A stretch of DNA of 51,373 bases from Acidimicrobiales bacterium (GTDB taxonomy: Bacteria > Actinomycetota > Acidimicrobiia > Acidimicrobiales > CADCTF01), in the NCBI GenBank assembly GCA_046597375.1, contig JBKJKM010000168.1:1-51373 (forward strand), given 5' to 3'. A program made the translations under genes and the position numbers. Positions within the stretch are counted from its first letter, which is position 1. Every line of letters starts with the position of its first letter. Shown one piece after another: positions 24,770-33,916 of this stretch. The notes below the pieces were generated by a model that did no database searches, was not told where the DNA came from, and saw only the letters and a list, made by a program, of their open reading frames with translations.

Positions 24770-26290
24770 ATGGCCGAGACCCCCAAGGCTGCGACCCCCA
24801 AGGCTGCGACCCCCAAAACGATGGACCGCCAGCGCGTGTTGGCCTTCGATCGCCGCATGTCCGATCAGGAAGCCCTGATGTGGAACATCGAGAAGGACCC
24901 CTGGCTCAACCCGAACGGCGCGGCGTTGATGGTGCTCGACCGGCCCGTCGACATCGACCTCATGGAGGCCAAGATCCGCTACGGGCTCTCGCGCGTGCCG
25001 CGCCTCCGTGAGCGCATCGTTCCGGGGCTCGGGCGACTGGCTCCGCCCGTCTGGGCGACCGATGCGGAGTTCGATCTGGCCTACCACGTTCGCCACCTCC
25101 GGCTGCCCGAGCCCGGCTCGATGCGCCAGTTGCTCGACCTCGTGACTCGGCTCTACGAAGAGCCCTACGACCGGACCCGGCCGCTCTGGATGTTCTATGC
25201 CATCGACGGTCTCGAAGGCGGCAAGGGCGCGCTGTTCTCGAAACAGCACCACGCCATCGCCGACGGGATCGGCGCCCTCCGCATGGCCGAGGTGTACACC
25301 GACCTCGAGCGCAAGGCTCCCCGCCCCCCGGTCGTCGACCTCGACGAGATCTTCGCGGCCGCCGTCGAAGCCGAGCAGGGTGAGGTGCTGGAGGCGGGCG
25401 CCGACCTGAGCGCATCCATCCTCGACACCGCGACGCGCACGCTGACCCACAACCTGCGCCGCCAAGGCGGGATCCTCACGAGGACGATCGGCGGCGTCGC
25501 CGGCTTCCTGGGCGCCCCCAGCAAGATCTCGAGCGGCGTCGGCAGCGCCGTCGGCCAGGTCCGCTCCACCCTCGACACCGCCACCGGTTCGCGTACGGTC
25601 GACGCCGGCGCGCCGCTCTGGACCAAGCGTTCGCGGCGACGCCACCTCGAGGTGCTCAGTGTCTCCCTCGACGACGCCAAGGCCGCGGCCAAGGCGATGG
25701 GCGGGTCGGTGAACGACTTCTTCGTCGCGGGTGCGGCGCTCGGTGCGTTGGCGTACCACGCCGAGCGCGACACCCCAGTCGAGGCCATCAACATGACGTT
25801 CGTCGTGAGCACCCGGACGGACAAGGCGATGGGCGGGAACTCGTTCACACCGGTGCCCCTCCAGATTCCCGGCGCCGGAGCCGAGACGACCGCCGATCGC
25901 TTTCAGCAGATCCGTGACCTCATGGCCGAGCGTCGCAGCAGTGTCAGCGGACGCGGAGCCATGAGTGCCGTCGCGGGTGTCGCCAACCTCCTGCCCACGT
26001 CGGTCACCACCCGCTTCGCCCGCCAGCAAGCGGCCAAGATCGACCTGGCGACGTCCAATCTGCGGGGAGCGCCGATGCAGACCTACGTGGCCGGCGGCAA
26101 GGTGCTGTCTTGCATCCCTCTCGGGCCGGTCGCCGGCACCGCGGCCAACCTCACCACCATCAGCCAAAACGGGTCGATGGACATGGGGTTGCTCATCGAC
26201 CCGACCGCCGTCGCCGACCCGGCGGGACTCCGACGCAACATCGAAGAGGCCTTCCGTGACCTGATGGAGGCCGGCGGCATCGTCAGCTGA
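24770..26290 (+). CDS. Wax ester synthase/diacylglycerol acyltransferase (WS/DGAT family)
   Basis: 506 aa. The ATG follows GGAGCG. Active-site motif HHAIADGIG, N-terminal MSDQEALMWNIEKDP, C-terminal TSNLRGAP. Confidence 0.85.
   Translation: MAETPKAATPKAATPKTMDRQRVLAFDRRMSDQEALMWNIEKDPWLNPNGAALMVLDRPVDIDLMEAKIRYGLSRVPRLRERIVPGLGRLAPPVWATDAEFDLAYHVRHLRLPEPGSMRQLLDLVTRLYEEPYDRTRPLWMFYAIDGLEGGKGALFSKQHHAIADGIGALRMAEVYTDLERKAPRPPVVDLDEIFAAAVEAEQGEVLEAGADLSASILDTATRTLTHNLRRQGGILTRTIGGVAGFLGAPSKISSGVGSAVGQVRSTLDTATGSRTVDAGAPLWTKRSRRRHLEVLSVSLDDAKAAAKAMGGSVNDFFVAGAALGALAYHAERDTPVEAINMTFVVSTRTDKAMGGNSFTPVPLQIPGAGAETTADRFQQIRDLMAERRSSVSGRGAMSAVAGVANLLPTSVTTRFARQQAAKIDLATSNLRGAPMQTYVAGGKVLSCIPLGPVAGTAANLTTISQNGSMDMGLLIDPTAVADPAGLRRNIEEAFRDLMEAGGIVS
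24781..24816 (+). repeat. 15-bp tandem duplication (ccccaaggctgcgac, 2 copies plus a partial) encoding PKAAT-PKAAT-PK at the 5' end of the WS/DGAT gene
   Basis: Read directly from the sequence. Confidence 0.85.
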
Positions 26291-26396
26291 GCCGCGGGCG
26301 CGCTCGTGCCGTCATCCCTCGCGATGGTGAACGAGTGACTGCACGCCCGTGAGTGGCCGTCTACCGTGAAGCCGCCAGAGGCGAAGGGAGAACGGC

Positions 26397-27527
26397 ATGG
26401 CGGACGTACACGGCTTCTGCGACGAGCGCTTCCGTGCGCTGGAGGCTTCGCTCCGAGGCAACCTCGAACGCGGGCTCGACAAGGGCGCGTCGCTGGCGGT
26501 GACCCTGCATGGCGAGCTTGTCGTCGATCTGTGGGGCGGCACGCGCGACTACGAACAGGCCCTGCCCTGGGAGGCCGACACCCTCGTGCGGGTGTTCTCT
26601 ACGTCAAAAGTGGCGGTCATGATCACGACGCTGCTGCTCGTCGACCGTGGTGTGCTCGACCTCGACGCGTCGATCGCCGGCTACTGGCCCGAGTTCGGTC
26701 GGAACGGCAAAGACGGAATGACCGCGCGACAGGTTCTCGTGCACCGTTCCGGGCTCCCCGGTTTCGGGCGCTCGGTCTCGTTTGACGAGATCCGCGATTG
26801 GGACCAGGTCATGAAGATCCTGGAGGACGCCGCGCTCTGGTACGAGCCGGGGACCATCAGCTGCTATGCCCCTCAGACGTTCGGGTTCATCCTCGGTGAG
26901 CTCGTCCACCGGCTCACCGGGCTCCCGCTGGCGGAGTTCTTCCAGCAGGAAATCGCCGGTCCGCTCGACGCCGACTTCCACTTCCGGCTGGACCCGTCGA
27001 ACGCCCCGGGCGTGGCGGCGCTCTGGCCTGCAGAAAACGAGACACTCGAGTTCGAGTCGGCGATGGCCGCAGCCGCCATGGGCGAGCTCGCCGCGATGGG
27101 CGAGTGGATCGACCCTGACTGCCTCCCGGTCGTCATCCCGGCCGCAAGTGGGATCACGAATGCACGGGCACTCGCTCGCATCGGGTCGATCGTGGCGTGC
27201 AGGGGAGAACTCGACGGCCGTCGCTTCCTGAGCCGGGAGATCGTTGCCGAGGCGGGCCGCGAGCAGAGCTTCGAGCACGACGCGGTGTTTGGCCCGCTTC
27301 GCCTCGGACTCGGGTTCGGGCTCGACAGCGAAGGCTTCCCCGCACCAACACCCACGACGATGCACTGGGGCGGGTACGGGGGATCGTTCTTGACGATGGA
27401 TCCTGCGTCGGGCATCAGCTGCGGCTTCGCTCAGAACCAGCTCATGGAAGGCGACGGGTTCGGTGACGACCCCCGCCTCTCGACCTATTGGCGGTTGCTC
27501 GGCGAGATCTCGAACGAACTGGCCTGA
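26397..27527 (+). CDS. Serine hydrolase of the beta-lactamase/esterase (class C-like) family
   Basis: 376 aa. RBS AAGGGAGAA. S-x-x-K motif in VFSTSKVAVMITTLLLVDRG. LDASIAGYWPEF is typical of this family. Confidence 0.85.
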   Translation: MADVHGFCDERFRALEASLRGNLERGLDKGASLAVTLHGELVVDLWGGTRDYEQALPWEADTLVRVFSTSKVAVMITTLLLVDRGVLDLDASIAGYWPEFGRNGKDGMTARQVLVHRSGLPGFGRSVSFDEIRDWDQVMKILEDAALWYEPGTISCYAPQTFGFILGELVHRLTGLPLAEFFQQEIAGPLDADFHFRLDPSNAPGVAALWPAENETLEFESAMAAAAMGELAAMGEWIDPDCLPVVIPAASGITNARALARIGSIVACRGELDGRRFLSREIVAEAGREQSFEHDAVFGPLRLGLGFGLDSEGFPAPTPTTMHWGGYGGSFLTMDPASGISCGFAQNQLMEGDGFGDDPRLSTYWRLLGEISNELA

Positions 27528-30500
27528 CGCTCGAACCAGTTCCGAAGCTCGGGATCGGAGATGCGGGCAGAAAGCGCGGCGGCCTCCGACCGCGCGTACG
27601 CCGACTCACGGGCGGCGTCATCGATGCGCCCGAGGCCCTCGCACGCGAGGGCGCGCACCGCACGCATCCGCCAGAGGATCGAGCCGAAGTTCATCGGATC
27701 AGCCAGCTCGATCCCTCGTGTCGCCGCCTCGAGTGCCGCGTTGTGGTCGCCGAGAGCGAGGTGCGCGCAGGCGACAACGTCGAGCGTGGTGGCGTGGTCG
27801 GCCAGCGCCGTACTCTCGCCCGTCGGGAGGACCAGCGCGGCCAAAGTCACGGCCGACGCTGGATCACCGTCGGCCAGAGCGACCTGCGCGGCGCTCGCCC
27901 CGCGCGGCCCCGTCCCGAACCGGGGGATGCTCGCGGGGTCCGGCACCACGCCCGCCGTCTCGGCCCGGCATTGCGCGGCAACGACCTCGAGCAACGAGCC
28001 CGCCCAGCGCTGGAACCGCACGCGTGACATCGACGTCGCCCCCTCCAGGGTCTCGGTCAGCGATGTGGCGGCCGGCCCCCATGCGCACAGGTTCATCAGG
28101 TGCACCGACCGGGCGAGCGAGGCCATGACCTTGCCGAAGGGATGGTCGTCGTCGGTGACCTCCTGGCCGATTGCGGCATCGACCTCGTCGAACCGGCCCA
28201 TGTAGCTGAGCGCCATCGCTTTGATCGATCCGTACTGCACGGGGGCGGAGCCAATGAGGTCGGCGAGCTCGATCCCTCGATCGCACATGGCGACGGTCCG
28301 TTCGAACTGACCCATCACCAGGTATTCCCACATCATCCAGAAGCAATGGGCGTTCAGCTTCACGGGGTCGCGGCGCCGTTCCAGTCGTGCGAGCAGCGCC
28401 TCGGACTCCGCATGGTTGGCTCGGACGCCGCCGGCTTGGATGGAGGCGGACAAGGCGTCGAGCTCGAGATCCTCATCGCCGATCGCCTCGGCCAGCGCCC
28501 GCGCCTCGGCGACGTTGCGCTGCGCGGTGGCGGCATAGTCCGCCCAATAGTCGGTGAACCAGGTCGTGGGCAGCAGCGCCCGAACCATGTTGGTTCTGTC
28601 GTCACGGATTGCCGCAGCTGCATACGCGGCCTCGTACGCGTCGCGAGAGACCTCGGCGTGCCCAGGCCGGTCGAGCGAGAGGATGTAGTGGGCACGACCC
28701 CGCGCCAGCTGCACGGCGATCGAGAGCTCGGCGTCGTCGGTCTCGGCGGCGGCGGCCACGAGTGCATCGAGATCGTCGAGGCCTTCGCCGGCGCGGTACT
28801 GGTCGTTCAAGAGTTGGACGCGCTGGAGGCGCAGCGCCACCTCGCGAGTCCGGTCGCTCGTTCGCGCGAGCTCGCGTCTGAGCACCGCGAGCGCGTCATC
28901 CACGCGACCTGCCCCTCGGAGCGCGCTGGCTTGAAGCCTGGCGATCTCAAAGCGGCGGTCGTCGTCGACGAGTGGGGCGGCGTTGTCCAGGTGGCGCAGC
29001 GCGTCCTCGAAGGCAAGCGCGTCGATGTTGAGTCGAGCGGCGACGACCAGCGCCGTCGCGGTCCGCTCGGCCGGCGCAGCAGGGCCGGCGGACAAGAGAT
29101 GATGCGCAACCTCGACTGGTGACGGCGGGCCCTGCGCCTCGATGGAATCGGCGATTCGAAGGTGGATGCGCTGACGCCGCGGGAGTGAGAGCTCGCCGAC
29201 AAGGGTCTGGCGGACTTGCTCTTGGACGAAGACGTATTCCGCCGGATGGTCGACGGGCAGCTCTTCGATCAGGTGGCCGCGCCCGGCGGCCTCGAGCGCG
29301 TCGAAGCGCTCGTCGTCGGTGGCCTCGGCCACCGCGGAGAGGTGACGGAACGAGAAGGTGCGTCCGATCACTGCGGCCGACGCCAGTACCTTGCGATACG
29401 GCGGTTCGAGTTGATCCAGCCGCCGCGCTATGAGCAGCCGGATGCCCTGTGGCACTTCGGTCGCGCCAATCTCGAACCCTGAGCGCCAGTGGCCCTCGTC
29501 GTCGAACAGCCTGCCGGCGTCGCGAAGGTGCCGAAAGAGCTCCTCGACGAAGAACGGGTTGCCCTGCGTCTCGTCGATGACGAGGTCGACGAGCTCCTGT
29601 GGCGGGGCGAGGCCGGTGCGGGCCGAGAGCACCTCGCGCACTTCGTCGGCAGTAAGCAGCCGGGGCCGGACATCCACCGCGCCAACGTCCCGCAGCAGCG
29701 GGCCGATCGCCGTTGACAACGGTCGCCGCGGCTCGAGCTCGTCGTCACGGTACGTCCCGATCACGACGAGGGGCACGGCCTTCAGACGACCACCAAGGTG
29801 CCGCAGGAGCAACAAGGTGGACTCGTCGGCCCAGTGCAGGTCCTCGTAGACCAGCACCATCGGTTGGGCCTTCGCAGCCCGCTCAATGAACTCGCCGACA
29901 CCGTGGAGCATGTAGCGCCGTTCCTGCTCGGGCGTGAGCTCGGGCGCCGGAGGGATGTCGTCGTAGCGCTGCCGGAGCGAGGGGAGGAGCTTGGCGACCT
30001 CGGGCGCGTTCACCCCCAGCGCGGCGCGGAATCCTTCCGGCGACGCCTGGCGCGCCGCATGTTCCAGGTGATCGATCGCCGGCTGGTACGGAGGCGGGGA
30101 CTCCATGTCGAGGCAGTTGCCGGTGTAGACGACGAGGCCCATCTGCTCCGCGAGTGAGGCGGTCTCGCGGGCCAGCCGGGTCTTGCCCATGCCGGGGGGC
30201 CCACCAATCAGGGCCATACCGCCCCGACCCTCCAGCGCGGCCTCGAGAAGCATGCGTAATTGCGCGCGCTCCGCGACTCTGCCCACATACGGGGTGAGGT
30301 CGCCGTCAGCCAGGGTCGCGTGGTCGCCGTCGTCGTCGGGAACCGGGACGAGCCAGAGCCGCCACTCGGCCTCGATGCCCTTCAGCGTCGCCATGCTCTG
30401 GTCGATCAGTTCGTCGCGGGCAGTACCGAGAACGCCGTGCACCGTGTCCGACACGAGGATCCCACCAGGCGGAGCCAGCCCCTCGATCCGCTTGGCGATG

Positions 30501-30859
30501 ATCACCGTTTCGCCGTGGAGGTCACCGTCTTCGTCGATCACCTCGCCTGTGTGGATGCCGATTCGCATCTGCACGGCGGCGTTCAGCCCGTCGCGTCGGA
30601 GGCGCCGCAATTGCAGCTGCATCTCGCGGGCGGCAGCAATCGCCCGCCGTGCCGACGCGAAGGCCGCCATCAGACCGTCGCCCATCTCCTTGATCAGCAC
30701 GCCTCGGTTGGCAGCGATGACGCTTCGCGCCATCTCGTCGACCTGTCGTCCGACGGCGCGGGCGGCATCGTCACCCAGCGTCTGGTTCAGATTGGTGGAC
30801 TCGACCAGGTCCGTGAACAGGACGGTGACCGTGCCCTCAGGGATGTCGAGATTGGCCAT
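27485..30859 (-). CDS. Large signalling protein: class III adenylate/guanylate cyclase domain plus AAA/STAND P-loop ATPase plus TPR-like helical repeats. No DNA-binding output domain is visible.
   Basis: 1124 aa from the ATG at 30859. The listed 31054 start would overlap the divergent phhB gene. Cyclase motifs: VLFTDLVEST, IKEMGDGLMAAF, RIGIHTGEV. Walker A GGPPGMGKTRL. Long Ala/Leu-rich helical C-terminus. Confidence 0.85.
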   Translation of the reverse strand: MANLDIPEGTVTVLFTDLVESTNLNQTLGDDAARAVGRQVDEMARSVIAANRGVLIKEMGDGLMAAFASARRAIAAAREMQLQLRRLRRDGLNAAVQMRIGIHTGEVIDEDGDLHGETVIIAKRIEGLAPPGGILVSDTVHGVLGTARDELIDQSMATLKGIEAEWRLWLVPVPDDDGDHATLADGDLTPYVGRVAERAQLRMLLEAALEGRGGMALIGGPPGMGKTRLARETASLAEQMGLVVYTGNCLDMESPPPYQPAIDHLEHAARQASPEGFRAALGVNAPEVAKLLPSLRQRYDDIPPAPELTPEQERRYMLHGVGEFIERAAKAQPMVLVYEDLHWADESTLLLLRHLGGRLKAVPLVVIGTYRDDELEPRRPLSTAIGPLLRDVGAVDVRPRLLTADEVREVLSARTGLAPPQELVDLVIDETQGNPFFVEELFRHLRDAGRLFDDEGHWRSGFEIGATEVPQGIRLLIARRLDQLEPPYRKVLASAAVIGRTFSFRHLSAVAEATDDERFDALEAAGRGHLIEELPVDHPAEYVFVQEQVRQTLVGELSLPRRQRIHLRIADSIEAQGPPSPVEVAHHLLSAGPAAPAERTATALVVAARLNIDALAFEDALRHLDNAAPLVDDDRRFEIARLQASALRGAGRVDDALAVLRRELARTSDRTREVALRLQRVQLLNDQYRAGEGLDDLDALVAAAAETDDAELSIAVQLARGRAHYILSLDRPGHAEVSRDAYEAAYAAAAIRDDRTNMVRALLPTTWFTDYWADYAATAQRNVAEARALAEAIGDEDLELDALSASIQAGGVRANHAESEALLARLERRRDPVKLNAHCFWMMWEYLVMGQFERTVAMCDRGIELADLIGSAPVQYGSIKAMALSYMGRFDEVDAAIGQEVTDDDHPFGKVMASLARSVHLMNLCAWGPAATSLTETLEGATSMSRVRFQRWAGSLLEVVAAQCRAETAGVVPDPASIPRFGTGPRGASAAQVALADGDPASAVTLAALVLPTGESTALADHATTLDVVACAHLALGDHNAALEAATRGIELADPMNFGSILWRMRAVRALACEGLGRIDDAARESAYARSEAAALSARISDPELRNWFERQASSFEISPSNRQ

Positions 30860-30900
30860 CGCGCCCACAGTCTCGCAGCGTTCCGTGAGGTGCAGCCGAT

Positions 30901-30964
30901 CCCAAGGCGGTTCCGCCCCAAGGGCGGCGTGATGTTCCGGGCAGTGCCGTAAATCGCCCTTGGG
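30901..30964. promoter_or_regulatory. Three copies of CCCAAGG(G)CGG (two direct, one inverted) in the cyclase/phhB divergent region
   Basis: Read directly: cccaaggcgg at 30901-30910, cccaagggcgg at 30917-30927, and its reverse complement cgcccttggg at 30955-30964. GGCGGttCCGCC lies at 30906-30917. Confidence 0.3.
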
Positions 30965-31017
30965 TTCATCGCACCACTTCGCGCCGACGTTGCCAGGTTG
31001 GTGATAGGCAGCGGGCC

Positions 31018-31308
31018 GTGAGCGACCAGGTGCTGTCGGATCTGGAGATCGCACGTCGGCTCGCAGAGCGACCCGCGTGGACGTTGGCTGATGGCGTGCT
31101 CCATCGGGAAGTCGTGCTCGGCGACTTCAACGAGGCCTTCGCCTTCATGACCCGGGTGGCCTTGCGCGCCGCGCAGCTCGACCATCATCCAGACTGGTCG
31201 AACTCGTGGAACCGCGTCGTGCTCGACATCTCGTCGCACTCAGCTGGCGGGCTCACCAGCCGATGCTTCGCCCTGGCCGAAGCCGTCGACGACGCCCTCA
31301 GGGAGTAG
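31018..31308 (+). CDS. phhB: Pterin-4-alpha-carbinolamine dehydratase
   Basis: 96 aa with a GTG start. The signature FMTRVALRAAQLDHHPDWSNSWNRVVLDISSHSAGGLT is present. Confidence 0.85.
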   Translation: MSDQVLSDLEIARRLAERPAWTLADGVLHREVVLGDFNEAFAFMTRVALRAAQLDHHPDWSNSWNRVVLDISSHSAGGLTSRCFALAEAVDDALRE

Positions 31309-31313
31309 GGCGG

Positions 31314-31832
31314 TCAGACCTCGGGGAAGGGGAAGGCGCTCATCGGACGGTGCTCCTCCTCGAGCACGAAGATCGTCCGGGTCGAACGGACGGCCTCCAT
31401 CCCCTGCAGACGCACCAGGAGCACGTCTCGTAGCGCGGCGATGTCGGGCACACGCACGAGCAGCACGAAGTCGGAGTCGCCGCTCGTCAGCGCGACCCAT
31501 TCGACTCCCGGAAGACCGGCGAGGTCGGCACGGATCGTCTTCCAGCTGCCCTGCTCGACGTCGACGCTGATGAGCGCGGCCACGTCGTAGCCGAGCGCGA
31601 CCGGGTCGGGCCGAGCCGTGAAGCCCTCGATGGCGCCGGTGGCCCGAAGGCGATCGAAACGGGAGTAGGCCGTCGCCCGGGAGACGTTCGCCCGCACCGC
31701 CAGCTCATTGACCGACACCCGTCCGTCGGCGATGAGCTCGGCCATGAGGCGGCGGTCGACATCGTCGAGCGGGCGGTGGCCGGGCGACGGACGTCCAGCC
31801 GGCCCGGAGGAAGCATCGGGGTTGCCAGACAT
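31314..31832 (-). CDS. Lrp/AsnC-family transcriptional regulator
   Basis: 172 aa from the ATG at 31832 (RBS GGGGAG). HTH region LDDVDRRLMAELIADGRVSVNELAVRANVSRATAYSRFDRL, followed by a RAM-type C-terminal domain. Confidence 0.85.
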   Translation of the reverse strand: MSGNPDASSGPAGRPSPGHRPLDDVDRRLMAELIADGRVSVNELAVRANVSRATAYSRFDRLRATGAIEGFTARPDPVALGYDVAALISVDVEQGSWKTIRADLAGLPGVEWVALTSGDSDFVLLVRVPDIAALRDVLLVRLQGMEAVRSTRTIFVLEEEHRPMSAFPFPEV

Positions 31833-31922
31833 TTCTCCCCTCTTCACCATGCTGTGCGTCTGAATGTCTCGAACTCGTCCAAGTGCTTGAGCATCCGTCC
31901 GGAAGAGAGGATCGTTGGCCCC

Positions 31923-32783
31923 ATGATGTCTCCGGCATCGACCGATGGCAAGCACGTGCTCCCCGATGACCATCCCGGCTTCCACGACGCCGACTACCGC
32001 CGCCGACGAGCGGAGATCGGCCGGCTCGGTGCGGCCTACGTCGCCGGCGCCCCCATCCCCGACGTCCACTACACGGCCGCCGAGGACGAGGTCTGGCGCA
32101 CGGTCTCGACCGAGTTGGGGGCCAAGCACCGCCGCTTCGCCTGTCGCGAGTACCTCGATGGCGCGACCCGCTTGGTGCTGCCGACCGACCGGGTGCCACA
32201 GCTTCGCGAGGTCGACGCACACGTGCGCTCACTGACCGGGTTCGCCATCCGTCCGGTGCCGGGTCTCGTGCCGACGCGGCAGTTCTACGGCGCCCTCGCC
32301 GAGCGGGCCTTTCTGTCCACGCAGTACATCCGTCACCACTCGACGCCGCTCTACACACCCGAGCCCGACATCGTCCACGAGATCGTCGGGCACGCCAACT
32401 CGCTGGCCGACGATCGCCTCGCCGACCTCTACGAGTCGGCCGGGAAGGCATCGCTGCGGGCCGAGACCGAGGAGTCGCTGGCCTTCTTCAGCGGCGTGTT
32501 CTGGTTCACGCTCGAGTTCGGTGTCGTGTTCGAGGACGCCGAGCTGAAGACGTACGGCGCCGGCCTGCTCTCGTCGTTCGGCGAGATCGAGGCCTTCCGT
32601 GACGCCGACGTCCGGCCGTGGGACCTCGCCGCCATGGGCACCCTCGCCTACGACATCACGCAGTACCAGCCGGTGCTCTTTGCGGCCCCTTCGTTCGCGG
32701 CACTTGCCGACGACCTGGGGGCCTTCTTCGAGGACTTCGACGCCGACTCCCCCGCCCGCCTTCTCTCCGGAGCTCATCGATGA
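31923..32783 (+). CDS. phhA: Phenylalanine 4-hydroxylase (pterin-dependent aromatic amino acid hydroxylase)
   Basis: 286 aa. Iron-ligand region PEPDIVHEIVGHANSL, FWFTLEFG, YGAGLLSSFGE. The ATG at 31923 is preferred because the listed 31776 start overlaps the divergent regulator. Confidence 0.9.
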   Translation: MMSPASTDGKHVLPDDHPGFHDADYRRRRAEIGRLGAAYVAGAPIPDVHYTAAEDEVWRTVSTELGAKHRRFACREYLDGATRLVLPTDRVPQLREVDAHVRSLTGFAIRPVPGLVPTRQFYGALAERAFLSTQYIRHHSTPLYTPEPDIVHEIVGHANSLADDRLADLYESAGKASLRAETEESLAFFSGVFWFTLEFGVVFEDAELKTYGAGLLSSFGEIEAFRDADVRPWDLAAMGTLAYDITQYQPVLFAAPSFAALADDLGAFFEDFDADSPARLLSGAHR

Positions 32784-33916
32784 ACGACCTCTTGACCTCC
32801 GAATCCACGAGCACCACCACGGCGCCGTCGTCGCGCCTGAGGGGCTGGGACTGCATCGAGCTGTGGGTCGGCAACGCGCGGACGACAGCGGGTTTCCTGG
32901 TGTCGTCGTTCGGCTTCCGATGCACCGGCTACGCCGGGCCCGAGACCGGCGTGCGCGACAAGGTCAGCTACGTGCTCGACCAGGGTGCGATCCGACTCGT
33001 CGTCACCGGCGCACTGTCGGCCGACTCGCCCGTGGCCGCCCACGTGCGGGCCCACGGTGACGGTGTGCACGACCTCGCCTGGCAGGTCGACGACGCTGGC
33101 GCGGCGTTCGCCGCCGCCGTCGCGCGGGGGGCGCGCCCCGTGCGTGAGCCCTGGGCGGTCGACGACGAGCACGGATCGCTGGCGCTGGCCACGGTGGCGA
33201 CCTACGGCGAGACCCAGCACACCTTCGTCGACCGCCGCGCCTACGGCGGCCCGTCGCTGGCTCCGGGTTACGCCACCGACGATCTGCTCCCCGATCCGGT
33301 CGGTCCCGTGGTGGGGCTCAACGCCATCGACCACGTGGTCGCCAACGTCGAGCAGGGCTCGCTCGACCAGTGGGTGGCCTTCTACGAAGACGTCCTCGGC
33401 TTCGCCCAACTCGTCCACTTCGACGACGACCAGATCTCTACCGGCTATTCGGCGCTCATGTCGACCGTCGTGTGGGACGGCAGTCGGATCGTGCTCCCGA
33501 TCAACGAGCCCGCAGACGGGCGCAAGAAGAGCCAGATCCAAGAGTACGTCGAGGCCTACGACGGCCCCGGGGTGCAGCACATCGCACTGGCCACCAACGA
33601 CATCGTGGCCGCCGTCGCTGCGCTGCGTTCCCGCGGCGTGCGATTCATGCGGGTGCCGGCGACGTACTACGTCGAGGCCCGGGCTCGGCTCGCCGGCGTC
33701 GACTTGGCCTGGGACGAGCTCGAGCGACTGAACATTCTCGTCGATCGCGACGACGACGGGCACTTGCTGCAGATCTTCACCGAGACGATCACCGACCGCC
33801 CGACGGTGTTCTTCGAGATCATCCAGAGAGCCGGCGCCAAGGGCTTCGGCGAGGGCAACTTCAAGGCCTTGTTCGAGGCCATCGAGCGCGATCAGGACCG
33901 GCGCGGCAATCTCTGA
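32780..33916 (+). CDS. hppD: 4-hydroxyphenylpyruvate dioxygenase
   Basis: 378 aa. ATGA overlap with phhA. Motifs IDHVVANV, GVQHIALATNDI, QIFTE, FFEIIQR, GFGEGNFKALFEAIE. Confidence 0.9.
   Translation: MNDLLTSESTSTTTAPSSRLRGWDCIELWVGNARTTAGFLVSSFGFRCTGYAGPETGVRDKVSYVLDQGAIRLVVTGALSADSPVAAHVRAHGDGVHDLAWQVDDAGAAFAAAVARGARPVREPWAVDDEHGSLALATVATYGETQHTFVDRRAYGGPSLAPGYATDDLLPDPVGPVVGLNAIDHVVANVEQGSLDQWVAFYEDVLGFAQLVHFDDDQISTGYSALMSTVVWDGSRIVLPINEPADGRKKSQIQEYVEAYDGPGVQHIALATNDIVAAVAALRSRGVRFMRVPATYYVEARARLAGVDLAWDELERLNILVDRDDDGHLLQIFTETITDRPTVFFEIIQRAGAKGFGEGNFKALFEAIERDQDRRGNL

Noticed and set aside
30860-31054. N-terminal extension of the cyclase-STAND ORF to 31054
   Set aside because: It would overlap the phhB start at 31018 and adds 65 non-conserved residues. 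The cyclase domain begins right after the ATG at 30859 (MANLDIPEGTVTVLFTDL).
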